A stretch of DNA of 34,383 nucleotides from Bigelowiella natans CCMP2755. Lineage: Eukaryota > Protista > Cercozoa. Of this stretch, positions 11,954 through 23,498 are shown one piece after another. The position numbers and the translations under genes were made by a program. The stretch is taken from contig ADNK01002805.1 in the NCBI GenBank assembly GCA_000320545.1, positions 1-34,383 of the forward strand, written 5' to 3'. Every line of letters starts with the position of its first letter. Position 1 is the first letter of the stretch. The notes beneath the pieces were generated by a model. It was not told the origin of the DNA. It searched no databases and worked only from the letters and a program-made list of their open reading frames with translations.

Positions 11954-12813
11954 TAGAATATGGTGACAGAACTCAATGAAATCAAGCAAAGCGACAAAAA
12001 TGAGAAGCAGCGCATTAATGATGCATATATATATATGGCGTTGCGAGTAATGCCTATGCTGACTAAGAGTGGCTTCCTCTCCGCTATAAGATGTGACGGA
12101 TGTAATAAAGTGATTAATTCTTTTCAATATGGTCATCTCCACTATATATGTGTATACTATATACGTATATATATATATATATTTATTTATTTATATATAT
12201 GTTCCCAACTGCTATGCAACGCGCACAAATTGCGGTATGTTATTCGCAATATCGTGCCGCGGGTCTATACTTGCGCATAAAATAGGGCGCCCAAAATGCA
12301 ACGATATGCCGTTTCGCGTCGATGCAAGCTAGTGAGTTAATGGCGTGCGTAAGGCACAGTTTGCACCGCTCTTCCAACATATTCTCCTCCGTAATAAACT
12401 ATAGTCTATGCATAGCTAGATAGGGAGCCGGGTACCGACAAAATAAAATATAATTCATCGCAGCATCATATGTATGCGCATATATGCTATTTAGTAATGA
12501 TTTCACGCGTGCAGCCACAGCGGGTCTTAAAGCACGGTCTACACTAGTACAGATGAGAGCAAAATCCCGTAGGAAATGTTATATTTGTAAGCTATCTTAG
12601 AGGATTGAACTTGCTCGAATTTTTCCTTCTATCATCGCAATGTTACTTTGGTTTGGGGGTTATTATCACTGCAAAAGGTACGATGGGCTCACTGTCGTTT
12701 TACACTACGCAATCAATGAGGAAGGGCAAGGTAGTTACACCTAACGCCCATGTTATGCAGGTGGTACTCATACGTGTTATCAGGACTATGAGAAGATGAC
12801 ATAGAAATCTCTT

Positions 12814-12849
12814 TTATTGACCAATGCCTCCTGCCCTTTCCTGTTTATA

Positions 12850-12921
<72 letters not shown>

Positions 12922-13763
12922 TATGTGACGACGCACATTAATAACTCTCACTTACCACGAATGCAAGGCAATCCATAAGGAGAAATCCTCCAAAGAATGC
13001 GATTGCTGCGAAGAACACTAGGACGAGAAAGACTTGAAGCCCTGACCCGAAGGTGAGCTCCTCCTGCAGAATGACGAAAGCATGGTTGTTGAGTTCAAAA
13101 TCAATAAATGAAAGCTGAGGGTATCATTTCGAATGCCTCACCGCAGGTTCAGCGCTTTTGGAGCTTCCAAGGGCTGCCTGCTCGAAGTCATCTCGCAACT
13201 TAAACCTGCGCGTGTGACGATGGATGATGCTCATATATTTTTATTTGTACTTGTGGTAGGGATCGTTCAAATCACGTGATCATTTACTACGTTGTTTTCT
13301 CATTTCCTCCGGATGTGGAAGGCCTCTTCTCATTTCGTGGGGACCCCATGCCTCCTACATCATTCTGGACAATTAATGGTCTAATTGGCGTGCACAACGC
13401 GTATTGTTACCCGGAGCGCCGCCGAATCCAGTAGGTTTTTTGCGTCCACTTCTCGCCCTCACCGGTATCACCAACCTTGACATTAGAAGTCAGATTTACA
13501 TTTTATTACGTGCTTTCCCCCATATATATATATATATATATATATTCACAGTGACGCAAGTACCCTCTTCTGTTGGCTACACTCTGAATCATCATCATCT
13601 GTCGACTGGCAGTGAACGACTTCTGTGAGCATAACCCCCCCCGTGGACTTGAGAGCGCTTTTCCATTCTTTATGGGTCTGGCTAAACTCAAAGTAGAGAT
13701 GGCAGCAAATATTATAGCGGCAGCGTAGCATGCAGTTGTAAGAGCGGTGCGGGCCGCCGTCAT
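12814..13763 (-). CDS. Hypothetical single-TM protein (about 175 aa), probably plastid-targeted
   Basis: Six phase-consistent GT-AG exons: 13763-13564, 13475-13411, 13354-13291, 13205-13142, 13063-12956, 12840-12814. Signal peptide (ACYAAAIIFAAISTLSLA), basic Ser/Arg-rich transit region, KKPTGFGG, then a hydrophobic helix (LQVFLVLVFFAAIAFFGGFLLM). Confidence 0.75.
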
Positions 13764-14337
13764 GGTGATCCAGGAGCAGGAAGGCTCGATCCGTCTTTGG
13801 GTGTTACCTGTGGAGAACAAGGCAAGTTGATGATGAGGACACGCAATCTTCTGTGTACCCGAAAACAGTTAGATCCTCAAAAAACGCTGCATACTCAGAC
13901 TCAGAGGCCAGGTGAATGACGACCGCGAACTACTATCCGCACGTGGTTGGGGGGCGCCGATGGGAGTGGGGTATTCAGCGCAGGAATCCTGCGACAGATG
14001 CTATTCGTTGTCGCATGCCAAAAACGGAAAGAATTCCAACAGAAATAGACCTGAAGAAACAGCCAATTTTATCCAAAAGAGTATTGACGCTCTGAGCAAT
14101 TCGAGGGGATTTTACGTCCGATATCCGCCCGATGTTGCCAAAGATCCCAGCCTGCCTGGCGACTGACGACGATTGCGCTTTGTGAGAGTGGGCTGGGGCG
14201 AGTAGACGCCTGCATCTTTGGCGGGAGTAGCTTTTACTGATTGGTTACGAATTACCCCGAGGGAAAACGTGCATTAAGATGTCCATGCAGGAAGGTAGCA
14301 GCTCGATCTGATACGACCTTGTTTTAAGTAAGACCCG

Positions 14338-16011
14338 ATGGTAAAAAACACGAGCAGCAGCTCCAGCAGCAGCAGTATTGGTGCTCTCAGCGTCTCTGTG
14401 CTGCGCGTAGGATTCTTAGCTTCAGCTGTATATTTCTTTACGCTAGGGACTCTTATGAACCATGTCCCCGCTCCCGTCGCGATAAGCAGCGCTGCTACTG
14501 TTGCGGATGCACCTGGCGTCGTCGCTCCGAGTATACTAAGATCTGGAAGCAAGCCTGTAGCTGTATTATCCAAAGGGCTCATCGACGGTGCTGCTTCTTC
14601 TTCCTCTTCATCATCATCATCATCATCATCATCATCTGGACATGATATGAAGGAGATCGCAATAGAGCTATATTCGCAGGCTGGGTGCACCGGGGACGTA
14701 ATGCGGTACACCCCGGCGAACGATGAGGAGAGATGCGACCGATGCGTGGATATGTGCCAGCGCACATTCGAGGGCTCCGGTGCAAAAATGCATGACAGTG
14801 TGAAATCATTCCGTGTCATCGGCCCGAAAACTGTCGACGGAAGGGAATGGTGGGTGTCGGCTGATCAGCTGTGCTCGGGGGTGTACGCCTACCCAAAGGA
14901 GAGCCTCGTCCGGAAGAAGGTCAAGCCCTCAGGCAAATGCACAGAATTAGGGGGGGACAGCGCAAATCTGTTCAGCTTCAACAATCTCCCTACGGTATTG
15001 TCAAGTGAAAACTTGGTTTCGTTCCACATTGCATATTCTGCTGAATCCAGCCAGTATTTCGGCTACCAGGCCTACGCAAACTATTACGCATTTCTTCACT
15101 CCGAGCAGCCTGAACAGACAGGATACACTCGGTTGCTGACCAGCTCAGAGATGGATGATCTGGAGGCCAGAATACCTACATTTCAGGCACCTCGGATCCA
15201 GTACTCTAACCGTTATACTCCTATAAACAAGCCTGATGTGATTGACAAGTGGATGCAGTCCAGTCAATCGCCGACAGAGGAAGTAGTTGTCATCATAGAT
15301 CCGGACAACTGGCTACTCCGCCCCCTCGCGAAGTACGCATCGATGGTGAAAAGGGGCCAAGCGCTTGCGCAGAAGGCCTTCTTCTACAAACACCCGCTCG
15401 TCAAGGAGCTCTACCAGCTCGTCTGTCAACGCAATTGCGGGTACACGCCGGATGATGCAGCAGTTCCTTACTTCGTGCATAGGGATGATTTGAAGCAGAT
15501 TGCCCCCTTGTGGAGAGAGCTTACGATGAAAATAAAGGATATGACGTGGAAAGATCCGAGCCTCCTCAAGAAGTTTCACGACATACAAGTAGACTGGTGC
15601 GCCGAAATGTATGGCTACGTTTTCGCTGCTGCGGAACTGGGCATTAGACACACAATCAAAGGGGGGCTGCAACTGAGGGACGTCGATTCTCCTGTCTCGC
15701 CCGAAAAGGAGAAATTTATCCCAATGATACACATGGGCCGTGCATGGTTTCCCAAGGAACACGCTGTTGCTGCTGAGAGATGGAGGCACACGGAAGGAAG
15801 AAACTTCGCGTATCGCGGCATCCAAGTATGGTGTAAGTGCAACTGGACGGCTAGTCACATTATTCCATGGCCCGTTCCAGAAGGATCTGATTTCGTCAGC
15901 CGGGTGACTCTCAGCCTGTTGCATAACAGCATGCAAGAATATGGCCCTTTGCCAAAGTCGAGGTTTCGAGGCGGGCCAACACGGGGCGGATACCATACAA
16001 ACTTTCCCTAA
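14338..16011 (+). CDS. Peptidyl-serine alpha-galactosyltransferase / hydroxyproline O-arabinosyltransferase-like glycosyltransferase (GT96/GT95-like), intronless, 557 aa
   Basis: Uninterrupted ORF. N-terminal TM anchor and poly-Ser stem, then FHIAYSAESSQYFGYQ, YTRLLT, YTPINKP, VVIIDPD (DxD), PYFVHRDDLKQIAPLW and WCAEMYGYVFAAAELG, which are typical of the SERGT1/HPAT families. Confidence 0.88.
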   Translation: MVKNTSSSSSSSSIGALSVSVLRVGFLASAVYFFTLGTLMNHVPAPVAISSAATVADAPGVVAPSILRSGSKPVAVLSKGLIDGAASSSSSSSSSSSSSSGHDMKEIAIELYSQAGCTGDVMRYTPANDEERCDRCVDMCQRTFEGSGAKMHDSVKSFRVIGPKTVDGREWWVSADQLCSGVYAYPKESLVRKKVKPSGKCTELGGDSANLFSFNNLPTVLSSENLVSFHIAYSAESSQYFGYQAYANYYAFLHSEQPEQTGYTRLLTSSEMDDLEARIPTFQAPRIQYSNRYTPINKPDVIDKWMQSSQSPTEEVVVIIDPDNWLLRPLAKYASMVKRGQALAQKAFFYKHPLVKELYQLVCQRNCGYTPDDAAVPYFVHRDDLKQIAPLWRELTMKIKDMTWKDPSLLKKFHDIQVDWCAEMYGYVFAAAELGIRHTIKGGLQLRDVDSPVSPEKEKFIPMIHMGRAWFPKEHAVAAERWRHTEGRNFAYRGIQVWCKCNWTASHIIPWPVPEGSDFVSRVTLSLLHNSMQEYGPLPKSRFRGGPTRGGYHTNFP

Positions 16012-17005
16012 ATAAGAGAAATTAGCAGTCTCAAATGAGCTAAAATTCGTTTTGGCCAACATGAGATGTTAACATGGTGTCTTATAATCGGCCCATTGGA
16101 TCGCAGCGTTGCCTCGTGTCTTGCACACACACATCTGAGATGCTCAATCTGTCATTATCGATCAATTTCTACTTCTCCTGCAACTTGTTCCCTCTGCTAC
16201 GCTACATGCGTGCTCGTTTGTTTGGTTCGCTGGATGAGAGCGCTGTAGCATGGTTAGCACACTGCTACACTTGTGACACATTTATTTCACTGCACAATGA
16301 TGCATTGTGATTCGTTCTTGCGTACGTGTAGCGTCTTTAGCTCATCATGCATTTCGATCGATGCCTCAGTGCTGCACAGGCTGCATATCATCAGCAGCGA
16401 AATGAACTATTCACATCCAGACCCATGCGCCACATGGTTTGCACGTCATGGTTTTCCAACCAGAACACTTCATGCATGGCTTAGGTTCATTTGCTGACAA
16501 AGCGTTGTGTCTATAGCAGCAGTGTGCACAGAAGAATGCCCTACGTGTCACCTCGTTAATGAACAAGCTGAATTAGTCACACGACGTAATTTCCTGCTGG
16601 CATGACTGGACTAAATACATCATGCACGTTGTCTCTCTTGTCAACAGCATGAGCAGCCGCCATTGCGATGCATTGTGTGTGCTTTTAGTATATATTCGAT
16701 TCATTCCTTACTGTACATGTAAATAAAGACCATTTTTTGTTAAGATTGTGGTGATGGCTAAATTATCTAATGTACACAATGTGCACTACTAAACGTGCGT
16801 GATCGCCGTATATCCACTCTTGCACACATGCCTGCGGCTCCGGTCCGATCCTATCATATTTCTCATACAGTATATCGATGCGAGCGACCCGCAATTTATT
16901 ATAAAAAAATAAGAAGAATTTGGACTTCATCTAGCCCGAACAGCTACACCTGCATTTTTGCATCAACCCATTAAGAAACACGGCTGTAGTCGCGTGTGGG
17001 TGTCA

Positions 17006-17887
17006 TTAGCGCGTCATGGTGCTCGTCTGTGCCGGTCTCTTCATCGCCATGAACTTACCACTGAATGCTTCGCCTCCCTTTACCTCTAAAGGAGTGCTTC
17101 CTAGCTCCTCGAATCCGAATTTCCTGTAGAATCTGTCGTTCTTACCGGCGTCGCACTCCAAATACACCGGCAGCTTCAGCCCGTCACCGATCGCGCAGAC
17201 GGCCTTCATCAACTTGGAACCAACACCCTGCCCTTGGCACGTCGGGTCGGTCGCGAGAATCTGCAAACATACATGCGCTCCGTTCGCTCCGTTCGCGAGC
17301 AGATACCTCTTTTTCATGTCGACCATGGCTTTGTCTAAGGCCTTTAGGCGATCGGAATGTATCGTGTCATTTTGTTTAGCTGTCCACTCACTCGCACCCG
17401 CTGCCATGGCGATTTTCATCGCCATCATAAAACCGTCGGGGCTTGGCGTCCACCTCTCGGGGTAGATGTACATGATGCAGCAGCCGACGATCTTGTTCTT
17501 TTTCCTCTTCTCGTCAGACTCAAGATCGGACCCTTGGCTGTTCTTGAATAACCCACTGCGCTGGGTAAGCACGAGCCCATGCGACTTGAGCTTGAACGCT
17601 TTATGCACGCTCCATCCCATGACCGCGTTCAATCGGTGGACACGCTCGTCTGCATCCTCAATTTTCGCGTTGGTTTTACCGTCGTAGAGGAGCCAGTCGA
17701 ATTCACCGGGAGGGGGCGCGGCCTCGCCCCCGGCGAAGCTTCGCGCGCACAGGGCAACAGCTTGATCCACAGAAGGCTTGTCTTCGGGCCGCAGGATCTC
17801 TATGCTGTCGGGGTATCCGTACTGCGCGGAGCACGCCTCTGGCAGCGGGCACGGGTAAGGATCTGCATTCGAGCAGCAAGCACCCAT
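17006..17887 (-). CDS. GNAT-family N-acetyltransferase, intronless, 293 aa, with predicted N-myristoylation/palmitoylation
   Basis: Acetyl-CoA motif A LQILATDPTCQGQGVGSKL and motif B PVYLE..NDRFYRKFGF. The N-terminus is MGACCS. Confidence 0.9.
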   Translation of the reverse strand: MGACCSNADPYPCPLPEACSAQYGYPDSIEILRPEDKPSVDQAVALCARSFAGGEAAPPPGEFDWLLYDGKTNAKIEDADERVHRLNAVMGWSVHKAFKLKSHGLVLTQRSGLFKNSQGSDLESDEKRKKNKIVGCCIMYIYPERWTPSPDGFMMAMKIAMAAGASEWTAKQNDTIHSDRLKALDKAMVDMKKRYLLANGANGAHVCLQILATDPTCQGQGVGSKLMKAVCAIGDGLKLPVYLECDAGKNDRFYRKFGFEELGSTPLEVKGGEAFSGKFMAMKRPAQTSTMTR

Positions 17888-18081
17888 GCCGACTGCAACT
17901 GTGGGAGTACGAGTTTCGTCAGTTACAGTGAACTAGATGAAATGATAGTTCATTTGTTGTCGCAGGAAGTGAATATCCTTGTTTTTGGGAAAAACGATGC
18001 TCATCTTCGAATCCCAGCCAACGCCGGGACTGAAGGTGATCAACGCTTGCGAAGCTCTTCCCCCCCCGGGCGCTGTCGTCG

Positions 18082-20344
18082 ATGCTGGTAGTCCTGGCTG
18101 GATGGGTGGGGAAAATCCTCGATCGCTTGGAGCCATCGCTCAGACTAACTAGACAGGGTAAAGTTCGTGAAGCGGACTCAGATAAGAAGAAGCAGAAGGG
18201 GGACTTTGACATTGGAGAATTCCTACATCGGGTGAGGTCCTTTCTTGCCGATTTGGAAGAGGTATGTTGTAAGAAGCCATGGATGGGGGATTTGATAACT
18301 TCATGGGATAAGTTAGTTTGTAAAGGGGAACTGTTTTACGAACATCCCGTAGGTCCTGCACAACGTAAGCAGCGCGAAAGAATCTGCAAGTTCCCTTCTT
18401 GTTCGCCTGGGGTCTGACGAGAATGGGCCTCTCGTACACCAATGTCTAGCCTTGCTTTGCCAGATGCAGCCAGTCCTTTGCTTCGACCAAGATGTAGTTA
18501 GCCTGCAAATTTCTACCATGATTATTCTGACACCATCAACGATTGTTGTAGCCTCCTCAGTGTTTGATGTCATATGAATTATCTGACCAGATGATAAAGG
18601 GCTTGGTGTCGTGCATCGTGCACGCCTCGTGCTATTGCAACTCTGCTGTGGACGAAGAGAGGTAGTTTGTTGTACTTTTCGAATTTTCGCGAGCTTGAGA
18701 GCTGCGAACATTATATTATGCAGCCTGGCTTGGAGCAGCTCTTGCCTGCAGACACTCTTCGCACAGCCGCTTTCCCTCGGCGATAGCGCCAAGAAAGCCA
18801 GAGTGAACGCCAGGTAGCGTGTATGTCCCGCCATTGATATCGATCCTGATATATATGTGCTGTTGAAATTCGTGAATACAGTAAACTTACCAAAAAAAGT
18901 CTTTGATTGCTATCTTGCAAAGGAGTACACACGGCCAAAAGGATGCCGCTGCACTATCACCCAAACCACAATTGTGGCTCACCCAATTCTCCTGTGTGTT
19001 TGTCCACATATTATGCCCTCAGCCTCCATTTTGCTGCCAGCCTTGGAGTCGATTCACAAGATGTTCTCGAAGAGCACGCAGTCGCAGCGCATCAGATATT
19101 CATCCGTCAGTTACTTACCGCGACGACTGGAAAAGAAGGTTTGAGAGATTCTGAAAGAGAGAATGTCAAATACCTCTATAAATATCGTCACCAGATGAAT
19201 GATAGATACGCTATTCTGGCCACAGTGTCGTCATCCCCACGGCCGCACTACTGTTCGCGAGAGAAGGAAATCGATTTGACTGTCAATGACACGAAGAAGC
19301 TGATGCTCTTCCTGCTCTCTAATCCGAGGAATTTGGCTGAAGATGACAGCTACAGTCTAGGTGAGGCCGATGCACTCCACACATACAATTAGAGTAGAAT
19401 TTCTTCGCTTTTGAGTTTGGCTCGTTTCAAGATGCGATAATAGTATTGCAATACGTTTGTACCTGCTGCCTACTACTGTGTTTCAGGGCACGTCGCAAGG
19501 GCGATGTTGGCAAGGGATCAGTGGCTGTCATCATGTGTAAAGAAAACAAAACAATTAATGGGACAGCGACACTCGAACGACAGTAGAAGAAGCGGCAAAA
19601 AACGGCAACGTCCTTCTCGGAACGGCAGCGACAGCAATGTATTTTAGTGATGAAAATCTTGAGAGAACGGTGTTGCGTTAGAGTTGGGAAAAGTCGCGGA
19701 GTTTCTTTAATTTAGCTCCTGTATGCAAAACCCGGCCAATATCAAAGAAACATCTACCTTTTACTTTCTTCCTCCCATCCTCTCTGATCTTCCTTTTTGT
19801 TTTAACCAACAACTTAGCAGCCATCATCATCGTCATCGTCATCCTTATCGTTGTCGGATGGGAAAAAAGACGACGGGGAGAGGAGAAATATTAAAAGAAA
19901 GAAGGATGAGCGCAGTAGCGGTCCTCCTCGTCGTTTTTATCATCATCCGCCGCCTGTGATCCGAAGGCAAATAATGGCAGCCAACCACGAGGTCTTCCTC
20001 GAGCAGGTGAATGAGTTGGGGCGGGGTGGGGAGAAATGATCAAAACGAATGACCGAAAGCTGTTTCTTCTCTTAAATCATCATTCTTACTTACCTTTCCC
20101 ACCCCCACCACCCATTGAGATAAACAATGCCCCTCACACACACAAATCCAGAAGAAGCATGACAATTGTCTATCATCGTTACGCTCACACGTCCTATCTG
20201 CCAATACGTCCACACGCGGAACAGATGGAGGGCTTCCTTCGGAGTCGGGTGTTGCTTTTCCCACTCAATGGCCGCCAGAACAAAGGTGGTGACGACATGG
20301 CTCAGGAGGCCGCGAATGGCGGTGATATCATCAGTACAAAGAGC

Positions 20345-20380
<36 letters not shown>

Positions 20381-20477
20381 TACAGGGGAAAGTTCCTATG
20401 CGATTTACACCAGGTGGTGGTGGTGGTGGTGGTGGTGGTGACTGTATATTGCAGTATGTTACAGCATTTATGCTGTG

Positions 20478-20519
<42 letters not shown>

Positions 20520-21174
20520 TCTCCCTCCCTCACTCTTGCTCTTCTTTCTGTCTCCTTATCTTCTTCATCTTGATGTAACTCTCCTCTGAAAAACAAATAA
20601 GACGCCATGTTCCCCCCACAAAGGCCCACCCACTCCTCTGGGCCGACTTTTTCAAAGCGACATCGCCCGGGGGGGGTACGGCATGTGCTCGGAGAATGAG
20701 ATGGTGGACGCGGAACGGCCTTGATGACAACGCCCCCCCCTCCCCCCCAATCAACACAACGGCGGCGGACGTGCTGAAGATCGGGGTCGTGGTCAGGGAG
20801 AGGCTGCTGGAGTATGTGAAGAAGTAAGTGTGTTCCATAGAGATAACCAAAGAAGAAACGACGACAACGACGACATCAACAAAGACTAGCGCAAAATTCT
20901 TCATCATAAACACGGTGTGGTGTGCTCACAAGATCATGATCGTAACACCGCAGGTCTTGTCCATGCTGCCCGAATATTCTTGTCGCTTTGAATCTGCTAT
21001 CACGATGGCTCCATGCGGCCTGTCACGCCCATGGCCTCCCGGTCTACACGCTCCTCCCCTCCTCCAGCTCGCGGCTTCGGCTTGTATCGAAGCTCATACG
21101 ACGGTAAACTACGCTCTTGGAACAGAGAAAGAGCTCATTTAGTCAACAGGAGCATTTGCATCACATCTTTCCTT

Positions 21175-21215
<41 letters not shown>

Positions 21216-22888
21216 TTATTTATTTAAATATATAAATTTTCAGAGCGGGTCTTTCGTCGACATCATCATCATCTTACGATGATGATGATGGTGGGAACAG
21301 CAGCATCAGCATCAAGAAGATGAATATCCACACCGATCCTGGCAGCGACAATAATGTCATTCCCATCATCCACTCGATTCTGGCTGTTCTGCGAGAAAGA
21401 AGGCGGGGAGGGGGGGGGGGACTTAAAGCACAAGCTAAGCAATCAGAAGCAGAAACGAATATTGCCACCACCGTCACCACTACTACTACTACTACTACTA
21501 CCTCTACTACTGGCACTAATACTGCTGGTACTACCACTGAAAACAGCAACAACAGCCGTAATAAAAAACATGAAAATAATGATGATTCCTCCTTCTCCTT
21601 ACACGGCGACTACGACGATGCTGTAGCCGATGTCCTTCTTCAGGTAAATGGCAAGCAAGTAGTGTGACATTAGATCAAATATATATATGCAGCTGGGCAT
21701 TGCTGCACTCGTGATGATAAGATGCGTTGAAGTGCTATGCGGAGAGCGTTGGTAGGTTGCTGCTCGCTGCTGCTGCTGCTGCTACGACGGTCATCGTAAA
21801 AACACCCAACCGTTCTAATCGGAATGGTGATTGTTCAGAGCGACGACCTGATGCGTGCAGCATTACTTTATCTTGGCGTAGGAGGCCTCCATATCAAGGT
21901 AGTAGCAGGGGAGGAAAACAAGCTAGCGCGATCATCGATCGCAGTTCGTGCAGTCAATACATAAAACGATGCACACGCATACCGACACATCTTGCCTTAT
22001 TCCGTGTCGGCGAAAGCTCCTCATCACTTATCTATAAGCTTATGCACCCCATGCACACCTTTCAGGACCTCGATTTCCTGTTATCGTACTGCCTCACAAG
22101 GCCGCAGCTAGCGGCATTCAAGACCGCCATTGCGCCGCTCGTAGACACCGAGTTCGGCGGCAAGGGGGTGAGGAAGCAATCATCGAAAGGCTGCCTCAAA
22201 GCTCTCCTCTCTGCCGTGGGACATAATCCTCCTGAGGAGGACTCCTTGCATGACGGGAATAGGCTAGGGAAAGGGGAACTACTCTTTCAGCTGCGTGCCA
22301 TCGTGTATCTAGCTGCTTTGAGGCCAAGCGATGATGCTTTCGCCCAGCAGGTTTGCAATGCACCAGTGCTGCTCGATGTACCATGGCTGCTGCTGCTGCT
22401 GTTTGTTGTTGTTATTTTCATTTTCTTGGCTCTCCCCCCCTCCTTTACTAAATGCTCGATTCCTAGAATGATGATGTGCATGGTGATGGTGATGATCATA
22501 ATAATGATAATAATGATAGCACCACTGATGCATGCGTTCTTGTGCTATTGTCCCGTAAATTGGGATGGGAAGCTTTTTGTAGTCGTCGAGGGATGGTGGT
22601 GGTGGTGGTGATGATGATGATGATATGCTCCGAACATCCTTGCAGAAGAAAAGGAAGTTCCTATTCAATTTGTAAATCTCGCTTTCTCCTTCCCTCCCAA
22701 ACAAGATTCTGGCAGGTCTTCGATCACAAAGTCAGCTTTTTAACGCCGCCATATGCAGCTTTTCAACGCAAGCCGTGCACGACTCAAGACGGTTCCTCAA
22801 GCAAGAGGATGCGAAGAAGCTGCATCGGCGTGTGCACGACGCTTTGTTATCACCTGTGGACTACGACGGAAATGAGCTTCACAATTAA
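18082..22888 (+). CDS. Alpha-helical protein, candidate Fanconi anaemia group C (FANCC)-like
   Basis: Phase-consistent exons 18082-18105, 18157-18261, 18353-18493, 18591-18661, 18724-18813, 19023-19138, 19226-19360, 19487-19638, 19818-20006, 20225-20413, 20624-20825, about 20954-21102, 21244-21643, 21693-21751, about 21841-21898, 22066-22350 and 22715-22888 (the last needs a 1-nt indel or an unseen exon). The gene itself is well supported. The FANCC identity rests on by-eye similarity to a remembered human sequence. Confidence 0.55.
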
Positions 22889-23498
22889 TATGTGCAGGGT
22901 GTTTATGTTCTGGACGCGTACGATGCCATAAGTCCGGATATACGCTCGATATATACACGTAAACCTATTGTTGTGTAACAAGCTAAGACTCTCGTATATG
23001 ATAATAATAAACGCAGCATCATTGGTGCATCTAGACATCTAGCATGCGCATGTTGCATAGCTAGATAGCAGCGAATCCTACGCACCCGACCTCAACAAAG
23101 CAATCTTGCAATGACAGGTGTTACTGTGCGTGTTCGATTCACGTAGCACTGCATGAGCATGAAGTTTTGCAATAATCTGATGAGACGTGGAACATGCTAG
23201 CATGTGTAGTGACATCAACGCTGTAGCCACAGTATTGCTAGATTGCACAGCTGCCTTGCCAGGTCATTGGGATGACCATTGGAAAAATGCAATCATTTGT
23301 TTCATCACATCGCCGCTAGTCCGTCTCATCTAGCAACATCTAGGTATGCATGCACATCAAATCAGGCTGGGCGCCATTACGAGTAGCTGTGTTGCATCAT
23401 CTAGACACATTGGATGATGAAAGGGGCAAGGCTTTGACTGCTGCTACTTGTCAATTGTCACCGCAAAACGAAGATGAGTGCGGCGTTGAGCTGGATCC

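Noticed and set aside
12550-13250. Exon-like segments on the + strand
   Set aside because: They contain stops and overlap a clean phase-consistent minus-strand gene.
15313-16062. 249-aa minus-strand ORF
   Set aside because: Antisense to the well-supported glycosyltransferase and has no recognisable motifs.
18857-19010. Possible extra exon VNLPKKVFDCY..
   Set aside because: Phase-incompatible (gives a stop). The flanking exons join cleanly without it.
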